This document shows, piece by piece, positions 33,706-43,295 of a stretch of 64,000 nt of DNA. The stretch is taken from the NCBI RefSeq assembly GCF_044647545.1, contig NZ_CP172818.1; one strand, 5' to 3'. Every line of letters starts with the position of its first letter. Within the stretch, counting starts at the first letter, position 1. The notes under the pieces were generated by a model. That model ran no database searches and was not told the DNA's origin. It saw only the letters and a list, made by a program, of their open reading frames with translations. This DNA is from Escherichia coli (GTDB lineage Bacteria; Pseudomonadota; Gammaproteobacteria; Enterobacterales; Enterobacteriaceae). The position numbers and the translations under genes are program-made.

Positions 33706-34182
33706 TCAAGCAGGATGTTTGACGCGGGCGGCGTCAAGCACCAGCAGAATCAGCTTATCTTCCAGCACAAAGCGCGCTTCCAGGGCCTCGCCGATGTCAG
33801 ATAAAACCTGTTGAAACTCAAGGTAATTATCATGATCGATAGCGGTTTCCAGGCTGGAATCGTAGTAATCCATAATCTGTTGGGTATTGGCTTCGAGTTG
33901 TGGCCAAATCTTCGCGGCGCGTGCGAGTTGCCCATTGCCTTCCAGTTTATGAAGAATGCGCTCATAAATACTGAAATGTCCGGCAGACAAGTAATCGACC
34001 AGGCTCTGACAAAAATCATCAAGGGCTTTTTCGTTTAGCCTCATGTACGATTCTTTGCCAGGCTTAATGCCAACCAGATTGTAGTAAGCCACGAGCAGAT
34101 GCTTACGTACATGTAGCCAGCGATCAACCAGTTTGTTACTTCCTCTGACGCGCTCCGTCAGGTTATCGAGCTGGTTAAGCAT
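33706..34182 (-). CDS. rsd: Regulator of sigma D (anti-sigma70) Rsd, 158 aa
   Basis: ORF track. Confidence 0.93.
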   Translation of the reverse strand: MLNQLDNLTERVRGSNKLVDRWLHVRKHLLVAYYNLVGIKPGKESYMRLNEKALDDFCQSLVDYLSAGHFSIYERILHKLEGNGQLARAAKIWPQLEANTQQIMDYYDSSLETAIDHDNYLEFQQVLSDIGEALEARFVLEDKLILLVLDAARVKHPA

Positions 34183-34276
34183 GATTGACTCCGCAAGTTT
34201 GTATTCAAAAACTGCTCAGTGAGAAATGTAAAAACCATGTTAAACATGCCAGTGATGCAAAGGTAGTGCAAGAGTT

Positions 34277-35050
34277 ATGGATCGTATAATTGAAAAATTA
34301 GATCACGGCTGGTGGGTCGTCAGCCATGAACAAAAATTATGGTTGCCGAAGGGAGAATTGCCATATGGCGAAGCGGCAAATTTCGATCTTGTGGGTCAGC
34401 GCGCACTACAAATCGGCGAATGGCAGGGGGAACCTGTTTGGTTAGTACAACAGCAGCGGCGTCACGATATGGGGTCGGTACGTCAGGTCATTGATCTCGA
34501 TGTTGGGCTGTTTCAACTGGCCGGACGAGGCGTACAACTGGCGGAGTTTTACCGATCGCATAAATACTGTGGTTACTGCGGGCATGAAATGTATCCAAGC
34601 AAAACCGAATGGGCGATGCTGTGCAACCATTGCCGTGAGCGTTACTACCCGCAAATCGCCCCCTGCATTATTGTTGCCATCCGTCGCGATGATTCGATCC
34701 TCCTCGCCCAGCATACCCGCCATCGTAACGGTGTCCATACGGTACTTGCCGGATTCGTCGAAGTGGGCGAAACCCTCGAGCAGGCTGTCGCGCGGGAAGT
34801 GATGGAAGAGAGCGGAATTAAAGTTAAAAACTTGCGTTACGTGACTTCCCAGCCGTGGCCGTTTCCTCAGTCTTTAATGACCGCGTTTATGGCGGAATAT
34901 GACAGCGGCGAGATCGTGATCGACCCGAAAGAATTGCTTGAGGCGAACTGGTATCGCTATGACGATTTGCCGTTACTCCCGCCGCCCGGCACCGTAGCGC
35001 GCCGTCTGATAGAAGATACAGTGGCGATGTGTCGGGCAGAGTATGAGTGA
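34277..35050 (+). CDS. nudC: NADH pyrophosphatase (Nudix) NudC, 257 aa
   Basis: ORF track; zinc-ribbon cysteines and Nudix box. Confidence 0.94.
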   Translation: MDRIIEKLDHGWWVVSHEQKLWLPKGELPYGEAANFDLVGQRALQIGEWQGEPVWLVQQQRRHDMGSVRQVIDLDVGLFQLAGRGVQLAEFYRSHKYCGYCGHEMYPSKTEWAMLCNHCRERYYPQIAPCIIVAIRRDDSILLAQHTRHRNGVHTVLAGFVEVGETLEQAVAREVMEESGIKVKNLRYVTSQPWPFPQSLMTAFMAEYDSGEIVIDPKELLEANWYRYDDLPLLPPPGTVARRLIEDTVAMCRAEYE

Positions 35051-35089
35051 TGATACACTGACCGCCTGACGCACTAAGGAACAGCCAAA

Positions 35090-36154
35090 ATGACCGAACT
35101 TAAAAACGATCGTTATCTGCGGGCGCTGCTGCGCCAGCCCGTTGATGTCACTCCAGTATGGATGATGCGCCAGGCGGGTCGCTATCTACCGGAATATAAA
35201 GCCACGCGCGCCCAGGCGGGCGATTTTATGTCGCTGTGCAAAAATGCCGAGCTGGCGTGCGAAGTGACTTTGCAACCGCTGCGTCGCTATCCGCTGGATG
35301 CGGCGATCCTCTTTTCCGATATCCTCACCGTGCCAGACGCGATGGGTTTAGGGCTCTATTTTGAAGCCGGAGAAGGTCCGCGTTTTACCTCGCCAGTCAC
35401 CTGCAAAGCCGACGTCGATAAACTGCCAATTCCGGACCCGGAAGATGAGCTGGGTTACGTGATGAACGCGGTGCGTACCATTCGTCGCGAACTGAAAGGC
35501 GAAGTGCCGCTGATTGGTTTTTCCGGCAGCCCGTGGACGCTGGCGACCTACATGGTGGAAGGCGGCAGCAGCAAAGCGTTCACCGTGATCAAAAAAATGA
35601 TGTATGCCGATCCACAGGCGCTGCACGCGCTACTCGATAAACTGGCGAAAAGCGTCACTTTGTATCTGAATGCGCAGATTAAAGCCGGTGCTCAGGCAGT
35701 GATGATTTTCGACACCTGGGGCGGCGTGCTTACCGGGCGCGATTATCAACAGTTCTCGCTCTATTACATGCATAAAATTGTTGATGGTTTACTGCGTGAA
35801 AACGACGGTCGCCGCGTGCCAGTCACGCTGTTTACCAAAGGTGGCGGACAGTGGCTGGAAGCGATGGCAGAAACCGGTTGCGATGCGCTGGGCCTCGACT
35901 GGACAACGGACATCGCCGATGCGCGCCGCCGCGTCGGCAATAAAGTCGCGTTGCAGGGCAATATGGATCCGTCGATGCTGTATGCGCCGCCTGCCCGCAT
36001 TGAAGAAGAAGTGGCGTCTATACTTGCCGGTTTCGGTCACGGCGAAGGTCATGTCTTTAACCTTGGTCACGGCATTCATCAGGATGTGCCGCCAGAACAT
36101 GCTGGCGTGTTTGTGGAGGCAGTGCATCGCCTGTCTGCGCCTTATCATCTGTAA
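35090..36154 (+). CDS. hemE: Uroporphyrinogen decarboxylase HemE, 354 aa
   Basis: ORF track. Confidence 0.96.
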   Translation: MTELKNDRYLRALLRQPVDVTPVWMMRQAGRYLPEYKATRAQAGDFMSLCKNAELACEVTLQPLRRYPLDAAILFSDILTVPDAMGLGLYFEAGEGPRFTSPVTCKADVDKLPIPDPEDELGYVMNAVRTIRRELKGEVPLIGFSGSPWTLATYMVEGGSSKAFTVIKKMMYADPQALHALLDKLAKSVTLYLNAQIKAGAQAVMIFDTWGGVLTGRDYQQFSLYYMHKIVDGLLRENDGRRVPVTLFTKGGGQWLEAMAETGCDALGLDWTTDIADARRRVGNKVALQGNMDPSMLYAPPARIEEEVASILAGFGHGEGHVFNLGHGIHQDVPPEHAGVFVEAVHRLSAPYHL

Positions 36155-36163
36155 GGAGTGGTT

Positions 36164-36835
36164 ATGGATCTCGCGTCATTACGCGCTCAACAAATCGAAC
36201 TGGCTTCTTCTGTGATCCGCGAGGATCGACTCGATAAAGATCCACCGGATCTGATCGCCGGAGCCGATGTCGGATTTGAGCAGGGCGGAGAAGTGACGCG
36301 AGCGGCGATGGTGCTGCTGAAATACCCCTCGCTTGAGCTGGTGGAGTATAAAGTGGCCCGCATCGCCACCACCATGCCTTACATTCCAGGTTTTCTCTCC
36401 TTCCGCGAATATCCTGCGCTGCTGGCAGCGTGGGAGATGCTGTCACAAAAGCCGGATTTAGTGTTTGTCGATGGTCACGGGATCTCGCATCCTCGCCGTC
36501 TTGGTGTCGCCAGCCATTTTGGCTTATTGGTGGATGTGCCAACGATAGGCGTGGCGAAAAAACGGCTCTGCGGTAAATTCGAACCGCTCTCCAGCGAACC
36601 GGGCGCGCTGGCCCCACTGATGGATAAAGGCGAGCAGCTGGCCTGGGTCTGGCGCAGCAAAGCGCGCTGTAACCCATTGTTTATCGCTACCGGCCATCGG
36701 GTCAGCGTGGACAGCGCGCTGGCGTGGGTACAACGCTGCATGAAAGGCTATCGTCTGCCGGAGCCAACGCGCTGGGCGGACGCGGTGGCCTCGGAACGTC
36801 CGGCGTTCGTGCGCTATACAGCAAATCAGCCCTAA
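36164..36835 (+). CDS. nfi: Endonuclease V (deoxyinosine 3' endonuclease), 223 aa
   Basis: ORF track 36158..36835 (GTG); ATG 36164 preferred, 5 nt after AAGGAG SD. Confidence 0.93.
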
Positions 36836-36877
36836 TTCAGGTAAACTGCGGATAATTTCCGTATTTGAGAACTCAAC

Positions 36878-37468
36878 ATGTTACAAAACCCAATTCATCT
36901 GCGTCTGGAGCGCCTGGAAAGCTGGCAGCACGTCACTTTCATGGCTTGCTTATGCGAACGCATGTACCCCAATTACGCCATGTTCTGCCAGCAAACCGGT
37001 TTTGGTGATGGGCAGATTTACCGCCGCATTCTCGATCTCATCTGGGAAACGCTGACCGTCAAAGACGCAAAAGTAAATTTCGACAGCCAACTGGAGAAAT
37101 TTGAAGAAGCGATTCCTTCAGCCGACGATTTCGATCTGTACGGCGTTTATCCGGCAATCGATGCCTGCGTGGCGTTAAGTGAACTGGTCCATTCGCGTTT
37201 GAGTGGTGAAACGCTCGAACACGCGGTGGAAGTGAGTAAGACCTCCATCACGACCGTTGCGATGCTGGAAATGACTCAGGCTGGTCGCGAAATGAGCGAT
37301 GAAGAGCTCAAAGAAAACCCAGCTGTAGAGCAAGAATGGGACATTCAGTGGGAAATATTCCGACTTTTAGCTGAGTGCGAAGAACGCGATATCGAGCTGA
37401 TAAAAGGCCTTAGGGCAGACCTGCGTGAGGCGGGTGAGAGCAATATTGGTATAATTTTTCAGCAATAA
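36878..37468 (+). CDS. yjaG: DUF416 protein YjaG, 196 aa
   Basis: ORF track. Confidence 0.9.
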   Translation: MLQNPIHLRLERLESWQHVTFMACLCERMYPNYAMFCQQTGFGDGQIYRRILDLIWETLTVKDAKVNFDSQLEKFEEAIPSADDFDLYGVYPAIDACVALSELVHSRLSGETLEHAVEVSKTSITTVAMLEMTQAGREMSDEELKENPAVEQEWDIQWEIFRLLAECEERDIELIKGLRADLREAGESNIGIIFQQ

Positions 37469-37654
37469 GACCAGAAAACGTGATTTAACGCCTGATTTGT
37501 CGTACCTGGAGTCTTCCCTTTCGCCCCCCGTCTGGTCTACATTTGGGGGGCGAAAAAAAGTGGCTATCGGTGCGTGTATGCAGGAGAGTGCTATTCTGGC
37601 ATTTCCGTCGCACTCGATGCTTAGCAAGCGATAAACACATTGTAAGGATAACTT

Positions 37655-37927
37655 ATGAACAAGACTCAACTGATTGATGTAATTGCAGAGAAAGCAGAAC
37701 TGTCCAAAACCCAGGCTAAAGCTGCTCTGGAGTCCACTCTGGCTGCAATTACTGAGTCTCTGAAAGAAGGCGATGCTGTACAACTGGTTGGTTTCGGTAC
37801 CTTCAAAGTGAACCACCGCGCTGAGCGTACTGGCCGCAACCCGCAGACCGGTAAAGAAATCAAAATTGCCGCAGCTAACGTACCGGCATTTGTTTCTGGC
37901 AAGGCACTGAAAGACGCAGTTAAGTAA
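37655..37927 (+). CDS. hupA: DNA-binding protein HU-alpha, 90 aa
   Basis: ORF track. Confidence 0.97.
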
Positions 37928-37933
37928 GATTGC

Positions 37934-38635
37934 GTGGCAGTGAACAGTTTTAACGAAGGGGTGGTTTCACCCCTTTTGTCTTTCTGGCGTCGATCATTGA
38001 TGCTGGCAGGCGCTCTGTTTCTCACTGCCTGTAGTCACAACTCTTCACTTCCTCCCTTTACCGCCAGTGGATTTGCTGAAGACCAGGGCGCGGTACGCAT
38101 CTGGCGAAAAGACAGCGGCGATAATGTGCATCTGCTTGCCGTGTTTAGCCCGTGGCGCAGTGGCGATACCACCACGCGAGAGTATCGCTGGCAGGGCGAT
38201 AACCTCACGCTCATCAATATCAATGTTTACAGCAAACCGCCGGTGAATATTCGCGCGCGTTTTGACGATCGCGGCGATCTGAGCTTTATGCAACGTGAAT
38301 CCGATGGGGAAAAGCAGCAGCTTTCTAACGACCAAATCGATTTATACCGTTATCGTGCTGATCAGATCCGCCAGATTAGCGATGCCTTACGTCAGGGGAG
38401 AGTCGTGCTGCGCCAGGGGCGCTGGCATGCGATGGAACAGACCGTGACCACCTGCGAAGGGCAAACCATTAAACCTGATTTAGATTCGCAGGCGATAGCG
38501 CATATCGAGCGCCGCCAGAGCCGCTCTTCTGTTGATGTCAGCGTGGCATGGCTGGAAGCGCCCGAAGGTTCGCAATTACTGTTGGTGGCAAACTCTGATT
38601 TCTGTCGCTGGCAACCCAACGAGAAAACGTTCTGA
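37934..38635 (+). CDS. yjaH: DUF1481 putative lipoprotein YjaH (start uncertain; ORF track GTG 37934, alternative TTG 37976 or ATG 38000)
   Basis: ORF track 37934..38635; N-terminus has signal-peptide-like RRSLMLAGALFLTAC with lipobox LTAC. Confidence 0.8.
   Translation: MAVNSFNEGVVSPLLSFWRRSLMLAGALFLTACSHNSSLPPFTASGFAEDQGAVRIWRKDSGDNVHLLAVFSPWRSGDTTTREYRWQGDNLTLININVYSKPPVNIRARFDDRGDLSFMQRESDGEKQQLSNDQIDLYRYRADQIRQISDALRQGRVVLRQGRWHAMEQTVTTCEGQTIKPDLDSQAIAHIERRQSRSSVDVSVAWLEAPEGSQLLLVANSDFCRWQPNEKTF
37956..37984 (+). terminator. hupA intrinsic terminator
   Basis: AAGGGGTG-GTTT-CACCCCTT followed by TTGTCTTTC. Confidence 0.8.
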
Positions 38636-38636
38636 T

Positions 38637-39062
38637 TTACCAGTGGCCCATACCCATATGACCGCCACCACCGCAGCCGCCGTAGCCCATGCCCATTCCG
38701 GCTCCGCGCGGAATACCCGCTTCAGCCATCGCAATATCTCGTTTCACCCGTAACTCATCTAACGACTGACGCAAATTCTCCATCTCTTTGGCGACCGCGT
38801 TAATTTTGCTGCTATCCGGTGGGTTCGCGGCTAACAGGGCATTGTATTCATAACGCTTCGTCACCAGTTGCTGTTGCAGTGCGCTGCTTTGAGCGTAAAA
38901 GTCATTATGGATTTTCTGCCACGCTGTCTGTTGTTCGCTGGTCAAAGGCGCGGCATTTTGCTGCCACATACCATGTCCGCCGTGAGCAAATGCCGATGTC
39001 GATCCCATCGCCATTGCTGAAAGCGCCATCATTACCAGGGCAATTTTCGTGTTCCGTTTCAT
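38637..39062 (-). CDS. zraP: Zinc-resistance-associated periplasmic protein ZraP, 141 aa
   Basis: ORF track 38637..39203; start set to ATG 39062 (MKRNTKIALVMMALSAMAMGSTSAFA signal peptide); Gly/His/Met-rich C-terminus. Confidence 0.92.
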   Translation of the reverse strand: MKRNTKIALVMMALSAMAMGSTSAFAHGGHGMWQQNAAPLTSEQQTAWQKIHNDFYAQSSALQQQLVTKRYEYNALLAANPPDSSKINAVAKEMENLRQSLDELRVKRDIAMAEAGIPRGAGMGMGYGGCGGGGHMGMGHW

Positions 39063-39096
39063 GGTTAATCCTCCAGTGGTTGTCTTACTTCGGGTA

Positions 39097-39113
39097 TTGC
39101 ATCTTCCGTGCCA
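39097..39113 (-). promoter_or_regulatory. sigma54 (-24/-12) promoter of zraP
   Basis: Reverse complement TGGCACGGAAGATGCAA matches TGGCAC-N5-TTGCA. Confidence 0.75.
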
Positions 39114-39155
39114 ACGGCGAAACGCTGATATGACGGGTAATCTGGCATGATAAAC

Positions 39156-39201
39156 GAGTAAAAATGACTCGCCTGCTGCGGGTAGCGAGTCATTTTTACT
39201 C
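39156..39201. promoter_or_regulatory. ZraR enhancer sites: two 17-bp inverted repeats in the zraP-zraS divergent region
   Basis: GAGTAAAAATGACTCGC (39156-39172) and its exact reverse complement GCGAGTCATTTTTACTC (39185-39201). Confidence 0.75.
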
Positions 39202-39252
39202 ATTGAAACTTAAGCCTTTGTGTTACAGCGCAGGGTAAGCGCTGATAAAAGA

Positions 39253-39268
39253 TGGCATGATTTCTGCC
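39253..39268 (+). promoter_or_regulatory. sigma54 (-24/-12) promoter of zraSR
   Basis: TGGCATGATTTCTGCC with GG and GC separated by 10 nt, ~30 nt upstream of zraS ATG. Confidence 0.65.
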
Positions 39269-39299
39269 GTCAGAAAGGGATGAGCAGGCAAAGAAGAAG

Positions 39300-40676
39300 A
39301 TGCGTTTTATGCAACGTTCTAAAGATTCCTTAGCTAAATGGTTAAGCGCGATCCTCCCCGTGGTCATTGTTGGGCTGGTGGGGCTGTTTGCGGTGACAGT
39401 GATTCGCGATTATGGGCGCGAGACTGCCGCCGCCAGACAAACGCTGCTGGAAAAAGGCAGTGTACTTATTCGCGCTCTTGAATCCGGCTCGCGCGTCGGT
39501 ATGGGGATGCGCATGCATCATGCGCAGCAGCAGGCCTTACTGGAAGAAATGGCCGGGCAGCCTGGAGTACGTTGGTTTGCGGTCACGGATGAACAAGGAA
39601 CAATCGTGATGCATAGCAACTCCGGCATGGTGGGAAAACAGCTTTATTCCCCGCAGGAAATGCAGCAGTTACATCCGGGAGATGAAGAAGCGTGGCGGCG
39701 GATCGATAGCGCAGACGGCGAGCCTGTTCTGGAAATTTATCGCCAGTTTCAACCGATGTTTGCTGCTGGAATGCACCGGATGCGCCATATGCAGCAATAT
39801 GCCGCGACACCACAAGCAATTTTCATTGCTTTCGACGCCAGTAACATTGTGAGTGCCGAAGATCGTGAGCAGAGAAATACCCTGATTATCCTCTTCGCCC
39901 TGGCGACGGTCTTGCTGGCAAGCGTGTTGTCATTCTTCTGGTATCGTCGCTATCTGCGCTCGCGCCAGTTGTTGCAGGATGAAATGAAGCGCAAAGAGAA
40001 GCTGGTGGCGCTGGGGCATCTTGCGGCAGGTGTTGCCCACGAAATCCGTAACCCACTTTCCTCGATTAAAGGACTGGCGAAATACTTTGCCGAACGCGCG
40101 CCAGCAGGGGGAGAAGCGCATCAACTGGCGCAGGTGATGGCGAAAGAAGCCGACCGTTTAAACCGCGTGGTAAGCGAGTTGCTGGAACTGGTTAAGCCAA
40201 CGCATCTGGCTTTGCAGGCGGTGGATCTCAACACGCTGATTAACCACTCATTACAGCTGGTAAGCCAGGATGCAAACAGCCGGGAGATCCAGTTACGCTT
40301 TACCGCCAACGACACATTACCGGAAATTCAGGCCGATCCGGACAGGCTGACTCAGGTCCTGTTGAATCTCTATCTCAATGCCATTCAGGCTATTGGTCAG
40401 CATGGCGTGATTAGCGTTGTGGCAAATGAAAGCGGAGCGGGCGTGAAAATCAGCGTTACCGACAGCGGTAAGGGAATTGCGGCAGATCAGCTTGAAGCCA
40501 TCTTCACCCCGTACTTCACCACCAAAGCCGAAGGTACCGGACTGGGGCTGGCGGTCGTGCATAATATTGTTGAACAACACGGTGGTACAATTCAGGTCGC
40601 AAGCCAGGAGGGAAAAGGCGCAACGTTCACCCTTTGGCTTCCGGTCAATATTACGCGTAAGGACCCACAAGGATGA
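39300..40676 (+). CDS. zraS: Sensor histidine kinase ZraS, 458 aa
   Basis: ORF track; HEIRNPL H-box and ATPase G-boxes. Confidence 0.94.
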   Translation: MRFMQRSKDSLAKWLSAILPVVIVGLVGLFAVTVIRDYGRETAAARQTLLEKGSVLIRALESGSRVGMGMRMHHAQQQALLEEMAGQPGVRWFAVTDEQGTIVMHSNSGMVGKQLYSPQEMQQLHPGDEEAWRRIDSADGEPVLEIYRQFQPMFAAGMHRMRHMQQYAATPQAIFIAFDASNIVSAEDREQRNTLIILFALATVLLASVLSFFWYRRYLRSRQLLQDEMKRKEKLVALGHLAAGVAHEIRNPLSSIKGLAKYFAERAPAGGEAHQLAQVMAKEADRLNRVVSELLELVKPTHLALQAVDLNTLINHSLQLVSQDANSREIQLRFTANDTLPEIQADPDRLTQVLLNLYLNAIQAIGQHGVISVVANESGAGVKISVTDSGKGIAADQLEAIFTPYFTTKAEGTGLGLAVVHNIVEQHGGTIQVASQEGKGATFTLWLPVNITRKDPQG

Positions 40677-41998
40677 CGCACGATAATATCGATATTCTGG
40701 TGGTGGATGATGACATTAGCCACTGCACTATTTTGCAGGCTTTGCTGCGCGGCTGGGGCTATAACGTGGCGCTTGCGAACAGCGGGCGACAGGCGCTGGA
40801 GCAGGTGCGGGAACAGGTTTTTGATCTTGTGCTTTGCGATGTGCGAATGGCAGAGATGGACGGCATCGCCACGCTCAAAGAGATCAAAGCGTTAAATCCG
40901 GCAATTCCGGTACTGATTATGACCGCGTACTCCAGCGTCGAGACGGCGGTAGAGGCGTTGAAAACCGGGGCGCTGGATTATCTCATCAAGCCGCTGGATT
41001 TCGATAACCTGCAGGCGACGCTGGAAAAGGCGCTCGCACATACGCACAGTGTTGACGCTGAAACGCCTGCGGTGTCTGCCAGCCAGTTCAGTATGGTCGG
41101 TAAAAGCCCGGCGATGCAACACCTGCTCAGTGAAATCGCCCTCGTCGCGCCATCGGAAGCCACGGTGCTGATCCACGGCGATTCCGGCACCGGTAAAGAG
41201 CTGGTCGCCAGGGCGATTCACGCCAGTAGCGCACGTAGCGAAAAACCGCTGGTAACGCTCAACTGCGCGGCGCTCAACGAATCCTTGCTGGAGTCTGAAT
41301 TGTTCGGTCACGAAAAAGGGGCGTTTACCGGGGCCGACAAACGCCGGGAAGGGCGCTTTGTTGAGGCGGACGGCGGCACGTTGTTTCTCGATGAAATTGG
41401 CGATATCTCGCCGATGATGCAGGTGCGTCTGCTACGTGCGATTCAGGAGCGCGAAGTTCAGCGTGTCGGTAGCAACCAGACTATTTCGGTTGATGTCCGG
41501 CTGATTGCGGCGACCCATCGCGATCTTGCCGCAGAGGTGAATGCCGGGCGTTTTCGCCAGGATCTCTACTATCGCCTGAACGTGGTGGCGATTGAAGTAC
41601 CATCGCTGCGTCAGCGGCGGGAAGATATTCCTCTGCTGGCAAACCATTTTCTTCAGCGCTTTGCCGAGCGTAATCGCAAGGCGGTAAAAGGTTTTACGCC
41701 CCAGGCGATGGATCTGCTGATTCACTACGACTGGCCGGGAAATATTCGTGAACTGGAAAACGCGGTGGAACGGGCGGTGGTGCTGCTGACCGGGGAATAT
41801 ATTTCCGAACGCGAGCTGCCGCTGGCGATTGCGAGTACGCCGATCCCGCTGGTACAAAGTCAGGATATTCAGCCGCTGGTGGAAGTCGAAAAAGAGGTGA
41901 TTCTTGCGGCACTGGAGAAAACGGGCGGCAACAAAACCGAAGCCGCCCGTCAGTTAGGGATCACGCGCAAAACGCTCTTGGCAAAACTGTCGCGTTAG
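40673..41998 (+). CDS. zraR: sigma54-dependent response regulator ZraR (NtrC family), 441 aa
   Basis: ORF track; receiver domain, AAA+ Walker [15 protein letters not shown] motif, C-terminal HTH. Confidence 0.95.
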   Translation: MTHDNIDILVVDDDISHCTILQALLRGWGYNVALANSGRQALEQVREQVFDLVLCDVRMAEMDGIATLKEIKALNPAIPVLIMTAYSSVETAVEALKTGALDYLIKPLDFDNLQATLEKALAHTHSVDAETPAVSASQFSMVGKSPAMQHLLSEIALVAPSEATVLIHGDSGTGKELVARAIHASSARSEKPLVTLNCAALNESLLESELFGHEKGAFTGADKRREGRFVEADGGTLFLDEIGDISPMMQVRLLRAIQEREVQRVGSNQTISVDVRLIAATHRDLAAEVNAGRFRQDLYYRLNVVAIEVPSLRQRREDIPLLANHFLQRFAERNRKAVKGFTPQAMDLLIHYDWPGNIRELENAVERAVVLLTGEYISERELPLAIASTPIPLVQSQDIQPLVEVEKEVILAALEKTGGNKTEAARQLGITRKTLLAKLSR

Positions 41999-43284
41999 TT
42001 CTGCTCGCGTTCGATAGCGCGCCAGCCGATATCTTTCCGGCAGAAGCAGTCGTCCCAATGGATATCGGTCATTAAGGCATAAGCGCGTTTCTGCGCTTCT
42101 GCCACGGTATGACCCAGCGCGGTGACGCACAGTACGCGCCCGCCGCTGGTCACTACCTGCTCGTCATCCGCCAGTTTCGTGCCAGCGTGGAACACTTTGC
42201 CGTCAGACACTTCTTCCAGCGGCAGGCCGTGGATCACATCGCCGGTGCGGTAATCGCCCGGATATCCACCCGCAGCCATCACCACGCCGAGAGAAGCGCG
42301 TTCATCCCACTCGGACGTTTTCTCGTCCAGCTTGCCTTCACAGGCCGCCAGGCAAAGCTCAACCAGATCGGACTTCATGCGCAGCATAATCGGCTGGGTT
42401 TCTGGATCGCCAAAGCGGCAGTTAAATTCAATAACCTTCGGATTGCCCTGTTTGTCGATCATCAGGCCCGCGTAGAGAAAACCAGTGTAGGTGTTGCCTT
42501 CTGCCGCCATGCCTTTCACGGTTGGCCAGATGATTCGTTCCATCGTGCGCTGATGAACCTCATCGGTCACTACTGGCGCAGGGGAGTAAGCGCCCATCCC
42601 GCCGGTGTTCGGCCCGGTATCTTTATCGCCTACGCGTTTGTGATCCTGGCTGGTGGCCATCGGCAGCACATGCTCGCCGTCTACCATCACGATAAAGCTC
42701 GCTTCTTCGCCGTCGAGGAACTCTTCGATAACAATGCGATGCCCCGCGTCGCCAAACGCGTTGCCCGCCAGCATATCGTGAACAGCCGCTTCCGCTTCTT
42801 CCAGCGTCATCGCTACGATAACGCCTTTCCCGGCAGCCAGACCGTCAGCTTTAATGACGATTGGCGCGCCTTTCTCACGCAGATACGCCAGCGCAGGTTC
42901 TACCTCGGTGAAGTTCTGGTATTCCGCCGTAGGGATCTTATGGCGGGCCAGGAAATCTTTGGTAAACGCTTTTGAGCCTTCCAGTTGGGCCGCACCTGCG
43001 GTTGGGCCGAAGATTTTCAGCCCGGCGGCGCGGAAGGTATCAACCACGCCTTTCACCAGCGGCGCTTCCGGGCCGACGATGGTTAGATCTACCTTTTCGT
43101 TTTGTGCGAAATCCAGCAGCGCCGGGATATCGGTTACGCCGATATCGACGTTTTGCAGTGCAGGTTCCAGCGCAGTGCCTGCGTTACCCGGAGCAACAAA
43201 AACAGTTTCAACCAGCGGCGACTGCGCCGCTTTCCAGGCCAGCGCGTGCTCGCGCCCGCCATTACCGATCACTAATACTTTCAT
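41995..43284 (-). CDS. purD: Phosphoribosylamine-glycine ligase PurD, 429 aa
   Basis: ORF track 41995..43296; start set at ATG 43284 (MKVLVIGNGGREHALAWK...). Confidence 0.95.
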   Translation of the reverse strand: MKVLVIGNGGREHALAWKAAQSPLVETVFVAPGNAGTALEPALQNVDIGVTDIPALLDFAQNEKVDLTIVGPEAPLVKGVVDTFRAAGLKIFGPTAGAAQLEGSKAFTKDFLARHKIPTAEYQNFTEVEPALAYLREKGAPIVIKADGLAAGKGVIVAMTLEEAEAAVHDMLAGNAFGDAGHRIVIEEFLDGEEASFIVMVDGEHVLPMATSQDHKRVGDKDTGPNTGGMGAYSPAPVVTDEVHQRTMERIIWPTVKGMAAEGNTYTGFLYAGLMIDKQGNPKVIEFNCRFGDPETQPIMLRMKSDLVELCLAACEGKLDEKTSEWDERASLGVVMAAGGYPGDYRTGDVIHGLPLEEVSDGKVFHAGTKLADDEQVVTSGGRVLCVTALGHTVAEAQKRAYALMTDIHWDDCFCRKDIGWRAIEREQN

Positions 43285-43295
43285 CTGTCGCTCCA

